This document shows positions 50,668 to 61,592 of a stretch of DNA of 64,000 nucleotides, one piece after another. The DNA is taken from positions 23,684,001 through 23,748,000 of the forward strand of contig JBHGNT010000001.1 of assembly GCA_043228905.1 (NCBI GenBank), in the 5' to 3' direction. The position numbers were made by a program, and so were the translations under genes. The stretch is from Azolla caroliniana (lineage: Eukaryota > Plantae > Polypodiophyta). Within the stretch, counting starts at the first letter, position 1, and each line of letters opens with the position of its first letter. The notes beneath the pieces were generated by a model. That model saw only the letters and a list, made by a program, of their open reading frames with translations, made no database searches and was not told the DNA's origin.

Positions 50668-52435
50668 GTGGCAATTTCATGAAAAAGAAAAGAAACTACA
50701 CCTGCGATGAGGACCCTAGCGATTTTGAACCTCGCCAAATGGTTTCCATAGTACGATCTTTTCTACGTTTCATTATATCTTGAAAATCTGCTCTTGCAAA
50801 GAAAACTGCATCAAACCCAGCCTGCACATTATGGAGCAAACAAATTAGCTAGCTAGATAAGACTTTTCTATGGAAATCAATTTTCATCTTTATCAGTTTT
50901 TCCACGACACAGTGATTTCAGTGCATGGATTCGAAAGATTACAACAACAAACATGAAAGCTAGATTCAAAGTATTATTTATCTCCTATTAATCCAACCTT
51001 TTAATCTATTTTCAATGATATTCTAACCTCAGCACCGAGCAAATATGCCTGTACAGCTGAATGTCCAAAGGGATCGATTTGCCATCCAATACGAGGCACC
51101 TTACCAAACTGTTCCTTGATGTATCTATGACCTAGAGTAGTTTGATCTATCATATCTATATAATGAGTGGTTGCCTCATCATGCATGCACCATCCCCCGT
51201 TTCTGCTCAGTGCCATTCGACAAGAATAAAATACCTTTAGATCCAATTTTTGAGACACAATTTTAATAAAAGCAAACTCACATAATAGAAATTTTACATG
51301 AATTCCAATTGTCCTCTATCCACGAGCTCTTTCACATGTCTCTTTGTCACAGATGTTTGTTGTCTCCACCATCTTTGAAAAAACGCCTGCATATAGAAGT
51401 AAATAGAAATTTTCTGAACTAGCGAAGAAGGAAATTTTTAATTGAAAATGTACAGAAGTGACAATTGATATTTAAATGACCTTAAAGATATGAAATAGAC
51501 AAAAACATAGCAAATATGTACACCAATTACCTGTTCAACATAAACAAACTTGCGATTTGGATCCGCCAGCAGCGCCGAAATAACCGAATCAAGAATATAT
51601 TGTACCGCAGCAACCTGTTATGACACATCAATACTTTAGAATCTTATATTGTTTATCTGAGAAATGGAGCATCAGCTAGCTCCTGCTTGCTTAAGCAGTT
51701 CGTCACATTAATGGCCAGATTGATCATCTGCTTGATCTAAAATAAAAATTCAACATATATTCGAAAAAAGCTAATTTTCTAAGATCTGTAAGCACAGAAG
51801 AAGGTCATTACGAGTTAATTTTCTTCGCATACAATCAAGGTAAATATTCTGTCCTGTTTTCCTTGTACAAAGAGGTCACTTAATGCTTGTGAAGGTATCT
51901 CCAAGTCACAATGCATAATCTTTGTACAAAGAGGACACTTAATGCTTGTGAAGGTATCTTCAATCTACAATACACAAGGTAGAACTCTCTGAAATTATGA
52001 AATGGTTATTTGAAAAAAAAACGTCAAAACAGCAATTCCCTATATTCATTAGGAAAAACAGCTACCATGTAGCAGAAAAAATATAAAAGAAAAAACTGGA
52101 ACGTTCCTATTTGTAGCATTGAAAAACAATGAGAAAATCCAATTGCTTTCTTATAAAAGACATTGAGAATGATGAAAGGCCTCCAGAAAGCTCACTTGGA
52201 TTGAATTATTCGAGCCAACAAAGTATTGATCAACAGTTTTTAGCCACCCAACATCATCATGAGTATGTGGAACAAGATGCACATTGATCTTTCCTTGAAC
52301 TGGCACCGCAGTGGTGTTGTAAATCCATTCATCACATGATTGTTGGGAATAAACTCCCCGTCCAAGTAGCGCAGCACTAGAGATGGTAAAAACATAGGGA
52401 AGCAGAAGAAGCCACACTACAAGAAGTCCATTCAT
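36388..52435 (-). CDS. GH38 alpha-mannosidase (vacuolar/lysosomal type), about 1040 aa
   Basis: 29 GT-AG exons totalling 3123 nt: 52435-52196, 51614-51531, 51386-51298, 51202-51028, 50821-50702, 50453-50370, 50280-50209, 50121-50008, 48994-48894, 48374-48281, 48186-48019, 47937-47788, 47686-47624, 47535-47479, 47262-47040, 46962-46841, 46641-46567, 46411-46352, 46240-46169, 46036-45989, 41875-41756, 40383-40318, 39857-39745, 39642-39552, 37522-37409, 37231-37139, 37019-36972, 36772-36704, 36585-36388. Motifs [88 protein letters not shown]; N-terminal signal peptide. Confidence 0.95.
42600..45200 (-). mobile_element. Degenerate RTE-like LINE in mannosidase intron 20
   Basis: Minus-strand motifs [85 protein letters not shown]-terminal EEHYVCH; frameshifts and stops. 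Confidence 0.85.
45239..45605 (+). repeat. About 185-bp diverged tandem duplication
   Basis: TGAATGTAGTCAA.CATGA...TTGCAGATAT.GATGATG..GGAACCTGCA..ATCCCATCCTTT occurs near 45240 and 45424. Confidence 0.85.
50625..50668. repeat. (AAT)n microsatellite in mannosidase intron 5
   Basis: Direct sequence. Confidence 0.95.
51863..51975 (+). repeat. 59-bp tandem duplication in mannosidase intron 1
   Basis: TTGTACAAAGAGG.CACTTAATGCTTGTGAAGGTATCT occurs at 51863 and 51922. Confidence 0.85.
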
Positions 52436-53386
52436 CTATAGATTCACCAAAACAAAAAAAAGACATTGTTGGATTTAACGTGTTCTTCATGTTCATGAAA
52501 ACGCTCTCACACACATTTTCAGATGCAACACTAACGTTCAGGGATAATATTATGGCTGTATCCTAGTGGTATGCCATGTGTTTATTTATTGTTAACCTGT
52601 CCATCCAGGTCAGAATATCACTGACTACGGCAATTTACCAAATATATAGGTTGAACAGATGCATCACCTTCTGGTCTCCACTGGACAGCCTTACCAACCC
52701 ATTTATCTCCCAAACGCAATTGGTGCACGCTCAATCGCAACATTCATTACAAAAATCCTAGAGCATTGAAAGTCACTTATAACCAACTCTACACGTACTA
52801 TGTCCAAATGTTTCACTTTCCTCTGATACCTCCAACAAAGATGATACAGTCTATCCGTCTATTCATTTTGGTTATACCCTAGTGGTAAGCCATGTTAACT
52901 AGTGATCCATGCATATCTGGGTTCAAATTCAAATATCATCTGTTAGATGCCATTATGAAATGTAGAGATTGAACTCTCAAACACGTGGGCTTCTGGTCTC
53001 CACCAGGAAATCTTAATTATTTCTTTTATTTTTTCAATGGGCTTACCGTAGTGGTCAGCTATATTATTCAGCTATCAACACAAGGTTGCAGTTTTGAATC
53101 CTTACTTTTGAGAATCTTTGTTAGACCATGTATCAACTTTGTATGCTACATGCTTCACCGGTGTATCAAATTAACGACCTCGCATACACCAAACAATTGG
53201 CGCAGCCACGTCAAGTATGGCATGATCGGAGCTCTTCTCTCTCTCAATCAAATCAAAGCATCGGAAGAAATACAAAACTTTTGTGGCATAAGGGAGCCGG
53301 AAGAAATGTCCGAGTTACATATATCAATTCCATAAGAGGAGCTAATACTAAAAACAGAGGTTGAGAACAGAGTGAGTAGGGCTTAC

Positions 53387-53500
53387 GAGTGGAGCCATTC
53401 ATGGGCTACGATGATTGGGAATGAGGCGCGCTGGTCCTTCTTCTCTCCTTCTAATTTCGATGTGTAGTTCTGGTGAAGCAGAAGAAGGATGGTGATGCAT
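53387..53500 (-). promoter_or_regulatory. Probable first exon of the mannosidase transcript: 33-codon uORF followed directly by ATG-GCT-CCA-CTC and a donor site
   Basis: Donor CTC/GTAAG at 53386; T-rich acceptor ..TATAG directly before ATG 52435; uORF 53500-53399. Confidence 0.5.
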
Positions 53501-54212
53501 TTGAATGAGAGATGTCGTAAACTGCACTTCACATATGTATTGTATGTGTACCACCATGTGCGTGCTACAAATACAATGATGGGTGCTTGCTGCAAAAGAA
53601 AAAGAGAGCTTTAGGCGACTGACACACCCACACTTACTTATGTACTTAGACTAGACTAGACTCGACTCTCTTTTCACATTTGGATGGCATGGCATGCGCA
53701 TAGGCTCGTGTCTAACTACTACCAAATATTAAAGAGGGTAAACAAGGGAATCGCGGGCACAAACTGTGCAGCTCGCTCGCCTAGCTGAGGGCGCGTGCGA
53801 TCTACACTGTCCGATGTGGTTAGAAATCTGACAACATTTGTCACCAGAAGCCCTTCTTTGTCACCAAGAACCCGACTCTCTGACAACCACTGTCATCAGA
53901 GAGCCCCACTCTCCGACAACCTCTTCACCAAGCCTCTTTCACAAAACGTAAAACTTAAAACTCAAAAATCAAACAAACTTATGTCTCCAAGCTTCAAATA
54001 ACACTTACACAAAAGTTTAAAACTTCAAATCTCGACAATCAAAATCTAATTTAGAAAACCTAAAATGAAATCCACACACAATATGAGCAATAAGATTATG
54101 GGGGGTTGATGGCAAAATGCAACCACAATTTTTACAACATGTAATATTCGAGTCCCTTGAAGTCAACATCAAGCCATCACAATGCAAACATCGAACCTTC
54201 TCATGGTCACGT

Positions 54213-54839
54213 TGTCGTGAAGAAAACCATCCACAAGCGGAATCGGTGCACCGGAGCGTAGGAACCGGCTCTTCATGCACGTACGCCTTATATTGTACAT
54301 AGAAGATCCTAGGTAGGTAGATTCGGTAGGTAGGAAGTTAATGGGAAACGGCTCCTTCCTTGCCTATAAAAGGAGGGAGACGAGGAGGGGGGAAGGGATC
54401 GCGGGATCAGAGAGGACGAAGTGTTGTCGGGTTGTCGGTCGAAGGCTTCTCTCTCTTCCATACTCCGTAGCCTCTTTCTGTGCAGGTTTCGTGAGGCTCG
54501 CGCTGCTCTGAGGAATGCCCGAGTGCTTCCGGCAGCACCTCCAACCTACTCCTTTCTTTCTGAGCGTTTGCGAACAGGCATTGGCATCTGTTCGCCGGCC
54601 CGTTCGGTTGTAACCGACTTCGTGCTTCTTGTTGTTTGTCTCTGTTAATATATACATACATACATTCGTGTCTCTCTATGTTGGTTTCCCGCTCGCGTCT
54701 TCGTGTCGAAGGGTCGTGTCCCTATGGATCTACGCTCGCACCTAGTGGGTCTCTTCCCTTCTCCTTTCTCTCTTGTTGTTCGGTACAAGACCCCCGAGGT
54801 CCCGCCTCATTCCACGCATCCGCGAGGAATACCTCAACA
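54213..54839 (+). repeat. 5' LTR of the gypsy element
   Basis: TGTCGTGAAG...CTCAACA; TATAAAA near 54365. Confidence 0.97.
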
Positions 54840-54842
54840 TCT

Positions 54843-54859
54843 TGGTGAACCCGACATGA
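54843..54859 (+). other. Primer-binding site complementary to tRNA-Trp
   Basis: TGGTGAACCCGACATGA versus the tRNA-Trp 3' end ..UCACGUCGGGUUCACCA as recalled (one G to A mismatch). Confidence 0.8.
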
Positions 54860-54882
54860 AAGAGGCGGCAGAAGAGCAGAAG

Positions 54883-57009
54883 ATGAAGGGGTCGGATCTT
54901 GCAGAGGCCATGGCTTCGGCCGTGGATCGGATATTGAGCGCGCACGAGGGCACCGGCGCCCTCGACAGAGCCATTGAGGTGGTCGTCGGTACGATCGGCC
55001 GGTTCAACAGAAAGGATGCTACGAAGTATTTGGCGTCCTACGGGGCAGAAATGCTGATGCGGGACATTCCGGAAGAGAGGCGTCTTGCCGGGTTCCCTCG
55101 AGTGGCGATGCCGAGCATCCATGCGGAGGTGCTCGAGGTACGGGCGGAGAGCCGTACCTGGGAGGAGTTCAAAGGCCGACTCCTAGAAAAATACGGGCTG
55201 GACGACGCGCTCTGGCTTTCGAAACGGGACTTCATGGAATGGGTGGAGTCCCCCGGCAAGGGAAGAAACGCGTTGGCACTCCTCCGGGAGTTTGAGGAAC
55301 GCTTTGCGCGCCTTTCGGCGCTTGACCGAACCGTTCTGGATACGAACCGGGTCCTATTGTTCGTCAAGTCGGTGGACGAGCGGGACCGGGATCAAGTCGG
55401 CTCCTTGCTAGAAACCGAAGACGGGCTGACGACCGACTGGGCTGCGGTTACGAGAGTCTGTGGCCGTTTCGACAAACGGCGAGAATGGGCTGACAACGGG
55501 GTGACCGGAGCGGGCTCTGTCACAGCAAGGAGGCTTGAACCGGCACCACAAGGGCGAAGGGCAGAGACCCGGGAGTGGCTCGAAACCGGTTCGGCTTCGA
55601 CCGGCATGGTCAATGACTCGTCCGGAGTAGCAGCGCTGGAGGAGTTGACGCGGGCGATAAAGGATCTCCAGATCGCCCAAACTCGAAGGGAAGGCGGTGA
55701 ACCGGCTCGTGACCGACGGCCGGCAGCAGGGAACAGGTGCATGTGGTGCGACGAGGTCGGCCACATTCGGAAGGACTGCGGCGATTTCGCAGAGGCGTTG
55801 AGGAACCGGGTGGTGTACCTGTGGGAAGGCCGGGTGCATGCCGGCGATACCAGAAGGGCCCTAAACCGAAACGACGGGCGAGGAGGTATGAAGAGACTGA
55901 TGGAAGAGGTAGCGGCCCGACACGTGGAGGCCATCCACTACTCGGCGTCGGCCGGTATTCGGGTCGGGGGCAGCGAGGCCCGAAAGGAGAGCAAAGACGG
56001 ATTCTGGTCGGCAATGCTGGAAGGCCTCGCCGGCGCACGACTGAGGGAAGATGAAGCGGACCGCGCTGAGAAACGGGTCCGGGAAATAACCGGGTGGAGC
56101 GACCCGGTCGAGGAGAAGACGGGCTTCGTAGAAGCCGCCTGCCGGAACTACGAGGCTCTAGTGGAAGACAAACGAGTGGGGAAAGCCGGAGCGGCCGGGC
56201 CCTCACAACGATACGAGACCCGATTCGGGCAACGACGAAACGATGCCGGTGGGTCCAGCGCGCAAGATAACCCCAGGAAGGGCGGATACCGACTGGGGAC
56301 GGAAATAGAAAGGACCACGGACCTACGAAAGGTCCTAGAAGAGCGGATCCTTGACAGCAAAGTGGAGTTGTCATTGCGGGAGGTGCTAGGGATCGCTAAG
56401 AAGGAGTTCCACGACTCCATTGTGGACTTGGTGAAGCGGAAGAGGCTGTCGACGGAGACGGAACCGGAGAGACCGGTGGAGGTGCGGACGACGCACATCG
56501 ATGGCTTGGCGCTGGAAGATGAGTGGGTGGAGAGCCACTATTCGAGGCCACACTGGGCCCGAGCGACCACGGAGACCCCGGTGAAGATCGGAGATGTTCA
56601 GGAACCGGTGGTGGCATTGGTGGACCACGGTTCGGAAATAAACTTGATGTCCATGGACTTCTATAAGAGGGGAAAGTGGCCGATCAACACCAAGCACAGG
56701 TGGAAGATACGGGCGGCAACGCGCGCCACCGAGGAACTGCACGGGGCCTGCCCGAACGTGCGAGTCAAGATCTGCGACGTCGAGATTAACCAGCACTTCT
56801 TCGTACAGGAGACATCCTCGCACCCGGTCATATTAGGGGAACCATACATCACGGCGGCGCGGATGGAGACCAAGGTGCTAGACAACGGTTCGGCCTACGC
56901 GAGGGTCAAAAGCCAGGACGGGCGCCATTCGGTCCAATTTCTGACGGTGCGACCGAACCACGAGCGAAACCGCGAATTCCTCGGTGGCGAGAACCGGGAG
57001 GATTTTTAG
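54883..57009 (+). CDS. Gypsy gag-protease ORF (uninterrupted)
   Basis: Zinc knuckle CMWCDEVGHIRKDC; protease ALVDHGSEINL..VILGEPY; the frame is open from 54703 but the first ATG clear of the PBS is 54883. Confidence 0.85.
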   Translation: MKGSDLAEAMASAVDRILSAHEGTGALDRAIEVVVGTIGRFNRKDATKYLASYGAEMLMRDIPEERRLAGFPRVAMPSIHAEVLEVRAESRTWEEFKGRLLEKYGLDDALWLSKRDFMEWVESPGKGRNALALLREFEERFARLSALDRTVLDTNRVLLFVKSVDERDRDQVGSLLETEDGLTTDWAAVTRVCGRFDKRREWADNGVTGAGSVTARRLEPAPQGRRAETREWLETGSASTGMVNDSSGVAALEELTRAIKDLQIAQTRREGGEPARDRRPAAGNRCMWCDEVGHIRKDCGDFAEALRNRVVYLWEGRVHAGDTRRALNRNDGRGGMKRLMEEVAARHVEAIHYSASAGIRVGGSEARKESKDGFWSAMLEGLAGARLREDEADRAEKRVREITGWSDPVEEKTGFVEAACRNYEALVEDKRVGKAGAAGPSQRYETRFGQRRNDAGGSSAQDNPRKGGYRLGTEIERTTDLRKVLEERILDSKVELSLREVLGIAKKEFHDSIVDLVKRKRLSTETEPERPVEVRTTHIDGLALEDEWVESHYSRPHWARATTETPVKIGDVQEPVVALVDHGSEINLMSMDFYKRGKWPINTKHRWKIRAATRATEELHGACPNVRVKICDVEINQHFFVQETSSHPVILGEPYITAARMETKVLDNGSAYARVKSQDGRHSVQFLTVRPNHERNREFLGGENREDF

Positions 57010-60000
57010 AGAGGGCTTCCAAGGCGTGGGGCCGAGACAGTCCGGACACTCGGGAAAGATCCCACAGCTGTACGATAGAACCGAAACCGAAGAAACCTTG
57101 TACGATAGGTAGAAAATTTTTCTTCTCCAACAATAGAGGCTGTATGATAGTTGGCATCGTTGGCCGAGAAAAGGCAAGGGCGGAGGAGCGACTTCGAGCA
57201 TGTGGAGTTCTCGGCCCGGACGAGGAAATCAGTGGAGCCGTGGAGGCGGTCTCCTTCGACGACAACTTGGGGATGCTGAGGAAGGTAGCCGGAGAAGACC
57301 TTAACGAAGACCAGACGATACCAGTATGTTCCGAAGAGATGTACGAAGTCATCGCGAACTTCAGTCAGGGTCTCGGGTCGGATCGGACGGCCCGAGTTAG
57401 CACGAAGTACAAGACTGTGGACCGGAAGGTAAGGCCAGTCGCGGCACCCTTACCGGAGGGCAGCGAGTCCTGAATTAGAGGGGTTGCGTCAGACCCCAGT
57501 TTATGAGATCCGGTCTGCATAGGACACACCTTCACCGACGGGATGCTCCGGGAGCTCAAAATCGGTGGGGGCGGGTTCCTACTGCCGGCGGAGGAAGACC
57601 GGTTTCGGAGAATGCTCGGAAGGCACGGGAAAGCCTTCGCATTCTCACCGGAAGAGATCGGGTGCGTAGACCCGACAATCGTGGAGCCGATGGTGATATT
57701 CACGGTACCGCATGTGCCGTGGAATCTCAAGCCAATTCCAGTACCAAGAGCTCACATCCCGAAGTTGATGGAGCTGTTGAGGCAGAAAGTCGATATGGGC
57801 ATTCTCGAACCGTCGAGTGCCCCATACTCGAACCGATGGTTTACCGTACCAAAGAAAAAAGGAACATTGCGCTTCATTCAAGACCTGCAGCCGGTTAACA
57901 GAGTGACCATTCGGAACGCAGGAATCGGACCGACCATAGACGAGTTCGCGGAGGCCTTCGCCGGAAGGTCGATTTACTCGGTCGGTGATCTGTACTCGGG
58001 GTACAACCAGTTCCAGCTAGCCGTGGAGAGCAGAGACATTACGACGATGTGAACTCCCCTCGGCCTAGTGCGAATGTGTACCCTGCCACAAGGAGGGACC
58101 AACTCGGTGGCCCACATGGTGAATGCAATGAACAAGGTACTGAGGGATTGCATCCTGGACATCACCATGCCATTTCTAGACGACATCCCGATCAAAGGGT
58201 TCCCGGTGGAAGAGAAGGACGAGACACTTGGGCCGGACGGGTGCCGGCGATTCGTGGCAACACACATCAACGACTGGGAGAAGGTGCTACAAAGGTTAGA
58301 GGATGCGAGGCTCACCTTCTCCGGGGAGAAATCGGTCTTCGGGCAATCAGAAATCCTGGTGGTCGGACACCTATGTGGACCATATGGCCGGAAGCCGTCT
58401 TCGGCAAAGGTAGAAGCCATCTCCGCGATGAAGACCGACTGTAGCTCGGTTACGGAAGTTTGGAGGTTCCTGGGGGCGTGCGCATTCTACCACATATGGA
58501 TCCCGCATTACGCCCACGTTGCGGAGCCGCTATACGGGTTGCTGAAGAAAGGGCGAAAATTCGAGTGGCGAGACGAGCACACGGAGTCGGTCCGGAAGCT
58601 GAAGGAAGCTCTTGCGGCAGCACCGGCGCTCCGGAAGGCTGTCTACGGGAAGGGTACCCAGGTATACATAACGGTGGATACGAGTCCGACCGGGATCGGA
58701 TGGGTCGTCAACCAAGAAGACGAGGACGGCATTCGGTTCCCGATCCGATTCGGCGCGAAGGTCCTCAGTGAGCGACAGCGAGGGTACGCCCAGGTTAAAC
58801 GCGAACTCTGGGGTATCGTTTCGGCAGTAAAGGCCGACAAAGACTACTTGATCGGGACATAAGTGATTATCGAGACGGATTGCCTGCCAATTCTCGGCAT
58901 GGTTTCTGGATGCGCGACACCGGACCTGGCGATGCTCAGGTGGATAGCGTACATCAAGTCCCTGAACCCAGAAATACGACACATATCCGGAAAGGACAAC
59001 GCCATGGCCGACATGCTTTCGAGAGCGAGGTTTGATGACGAGGGCGGCATGGTTTCGGAGGACGAAGAAGTCGGCGTGGACTTCTTCGAGGCAGCGTACG
59101 TGACGACCGATGGGACGAGCACTCCGGCACTTAACGGCTTCGACGAGAGCAAGTACGACGGCGAGTGGCTGCAGATCGGTGGTTTCTTAAGGACCATGAC
59201 GCCGGATGCGTCATGGACAAGGGACGAGACCAACCGGATCCGGAAGAAAGCATACCGATTCTTTCTCCGGGACGGATACTTATGGAAGCACCCGAAGAAG
59301 AGGAACGACGTCCCGCTCCGGGTGGTGGCGATGAAGGAAGAACAGGAGGAGCTGCTGACGGCCTACCACGACAGCCCTTGGGCTGGACACCGTGGAATGT
59401 GGGCCACGTTCGAGAAGATAAAGGGGAAGTACTGGTGGCCGGGACTGTACCGGGACATGCATCGGTTCGTGACAACTTGCGAGAGCTGTCAGATGCACTC
59501 CGTAGTCCGACATCGGGACGAGCTTCACCCTACGTACCCTCCGACCATCCACTTCAAATGGATGGTAGACCTGGTGACGATGCCGATGGGAGTAGGACAG
59601 ATGCGGTATCTGGTCTTGGCTCGGGAAGATCTGACGAACCATGTAGAAGGCCGAGCCCTTCAGAACAAAACGACTGCGGCCGTATGTCGGTTCCTGATTG
59701 AGGACGTGATATGCCGGTACGGGTGCGTCGGGAAGATCGTGGCTGATCGCGGGGAGTTGGACGTCGAAGAGGCTGAGGAGCTGTTCGACCGGCTAGGAGT
59801 CAAGCTCTCGCTTACCACTGCTTACAATCCGGAGGCGAATGGGAAGGTGGAGCGCGGACACGGACCGATCGTCAAGGCGTTAGTTCGGGCATGCGGAGGT
59901 CAAGTCGGGAACTGGCCACGACTGCTGCCTTACGCGTTGTGGGCGGACCGAACTACGCACAGTTCGGTAACCGGATTCATGCCGGCAGAGCTCATGTTTG

Positions 60001-60467
60001 GGCAGAAGCCGATCATGCCAATGGAACGTACGATCTCCTCATGGGCAACCGTGGACTGGAAAGACGAGATGAGCCGGGAGGAACTGTTGGCGGCGCGCAT
60101 ACGACAGCTCGAGCGAAGATCGGAGGATGTGGAGCAGGTTGCGGGAAAGCTTCGGGTGGCAAGGACGAGGAACAAAGCCCGGTTCGACCGGACGCACCGG
60201 CTCCGACCAAAGAAGATCGAGGAAGGCGACTGGGTGCTAGTCTACGACAGTAGCCTCGACAACCAGCACCGAGCGACACAGAAGTTCGCAAGAAGGTGGT
60301 TCGGGCCTTACGTGGTCCAAAGTACCAACGACAACGGGACGTACCATCTGGCGGAACTCGACGACACGAGAATGGCGATACCAGTAGCTAGGAAGCGGAT
60401 CAAAGCGTTCAAGAAGCGTCACGACGACGAGCCGGATCCGGTTAACCTGGACCGCGACGACGAATGA
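57006..60467 (+). pseudogene. Gypsy pol (RT, RNase H, integrase) in the -1 frame, with 4 premature stops
   Basis: LRFIQDLQPVN, DLYSGYNQF, LPQGGTNS, FLDD, TVDTSPTGIG, ETDC, H..H..C..C zinc finger, DRGE, AYNPEANGKVER, WFGPY; stops at 57471, 57504, 58050 and 58860. Confidence 0.92.
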
Positions 60468-60576
60468 TCTAAAACCGAGGAAGAACTGACGGGCGGGGAA
60501 TGAAGGCTGGACGGGTTTTCTCCGTCCCAACTCAATTTGGCGCATGCCGGTGGATGCGCGGTTAGGTGGGGGCGGA

Positions 60577-61203
60577 TGTCGTGAAGAAAACCGTCCACAA
60601 GCGGAATCGGTGCACCGGAGCGTAGGAACCGGCTCTTCATGCACGTACGCCTTATATTGTACATAGAAGATCCTAGGTAGGTAGATTCGGTAGGTAGGAA
60701 GTTAATGGGAAACGGCTCCTTCCTTGCCTATAAAAGGAGGGAGACGAGGAGGGGGGAAGGGATCGTGGGATCAAAGAGGACGAAGTGCTGTCGGGTTGTC
60801 GGTCGAAGGCTTCTCTCTCTTCCATACTCCGTAGCCTCTTTCTGTGCAGGTTTCGTGAGGCTTGCGCTGCTCTGAGGAATGCCCGAGTGCTTCCGGCAGC
60901 ATCTCCAACCTACTCCTTTCTTTTTGAGCGTTTGCGAACAGGCATTGGCATCTGTTCGCCGGCCCGTTCGGTTGTAACCGACTTCGTGCTTCTTGTTGTT
61001 TGTCTCTGTTAATATATACATACATACCTTCGTGTTTCTCTGTGTTGGTTTCCCGCTCGCGTCTTCGTGTCGAAGGGCCGTGTCCCTGTGGATCTACGCT
61101 CGCACCTAGTGGGTCTCTTCCCTTCTCCTTTCTCTCTTGTTGTTCGGTACAAGACCCCCGAGGTCCCGCCTCATTCCACGCATCCGCGAGGAATACCTCG
61201 ACA
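60577..61203 (+). repeat. 3' LTR of the gypsy element
   Basis: TGTCGTGAAG...CTCGACA, preceded by the PPT at 60564-60576. Confidence 0.97.
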
Positions 61204-61592
61204 ACGTATTGGCAAGCGCCTCCTAGCCCAACTTGTGCCTCTCTGGAGTTTTTCGGCGTGGGATTTGGAAGTGTTTGGGGAGCTGCCAATAAGTTCTTGC
61301 AAGATGTCTATTGTTGCTCCTCTTTTGGCAATGATTTGTTGGTTGCGATTTATTGATCCGCCATCTTCTTCATTGGTTGATTTCTGTGCACCGACACAAT
61401 ACACCTTCTTAGTTAGATCATCCAATGTCTGTACACATTCCAAAATATTTGCACAGTCCAGGGATCCTAATTCATGCTTGAGACATTGAATAGCCTCCTC
61501 GACCGTTTGTATTTTGGACAATATTGATTCCATCTCTGATGTTGTAGGGTTTGTCTCGCCGACTTGTTCTACCTCTCTCTCCACATCTATCT

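Larger units (their letters stand above)
54213..61203 (+). mobile_element. Structurally full-length Ty3/gypsy LTR retrotransposon (6991 bp), no chromodomain
   Basis: LTRs 54213-54839 and 60577-61203 (627 bp, TG..CA, about 13 mismatches); 4-bp TSD ACGT; PBS TGGTGAACCCGACATGA; PPT AGGTGGGGGCGGA; gag-PR then RT-RH-IN order. Confidence 0.97.

Noticed and set aside
50476-50783. Poly-Ile and poly-Asn ORFs
   Set aside because: Artefacts of the (AAT)n microsatellite, antisense to a mannosidase intron.
52555-53010. Two short similar blocks (CCTAGTGGTA.GCCATGT..CTTCTGGTCTCCAC) and ORFs from 52985 onward
   Set aside because: Looks like an old local duplication inside the putative first intron; the ORFs show no domain or splice support.
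54742-60664. Many antisense and alternative-frame ORFs inside the gypsy element
   Set aside because: Expected in GC-rich coding DNA with few stops; no recognisable motifs.
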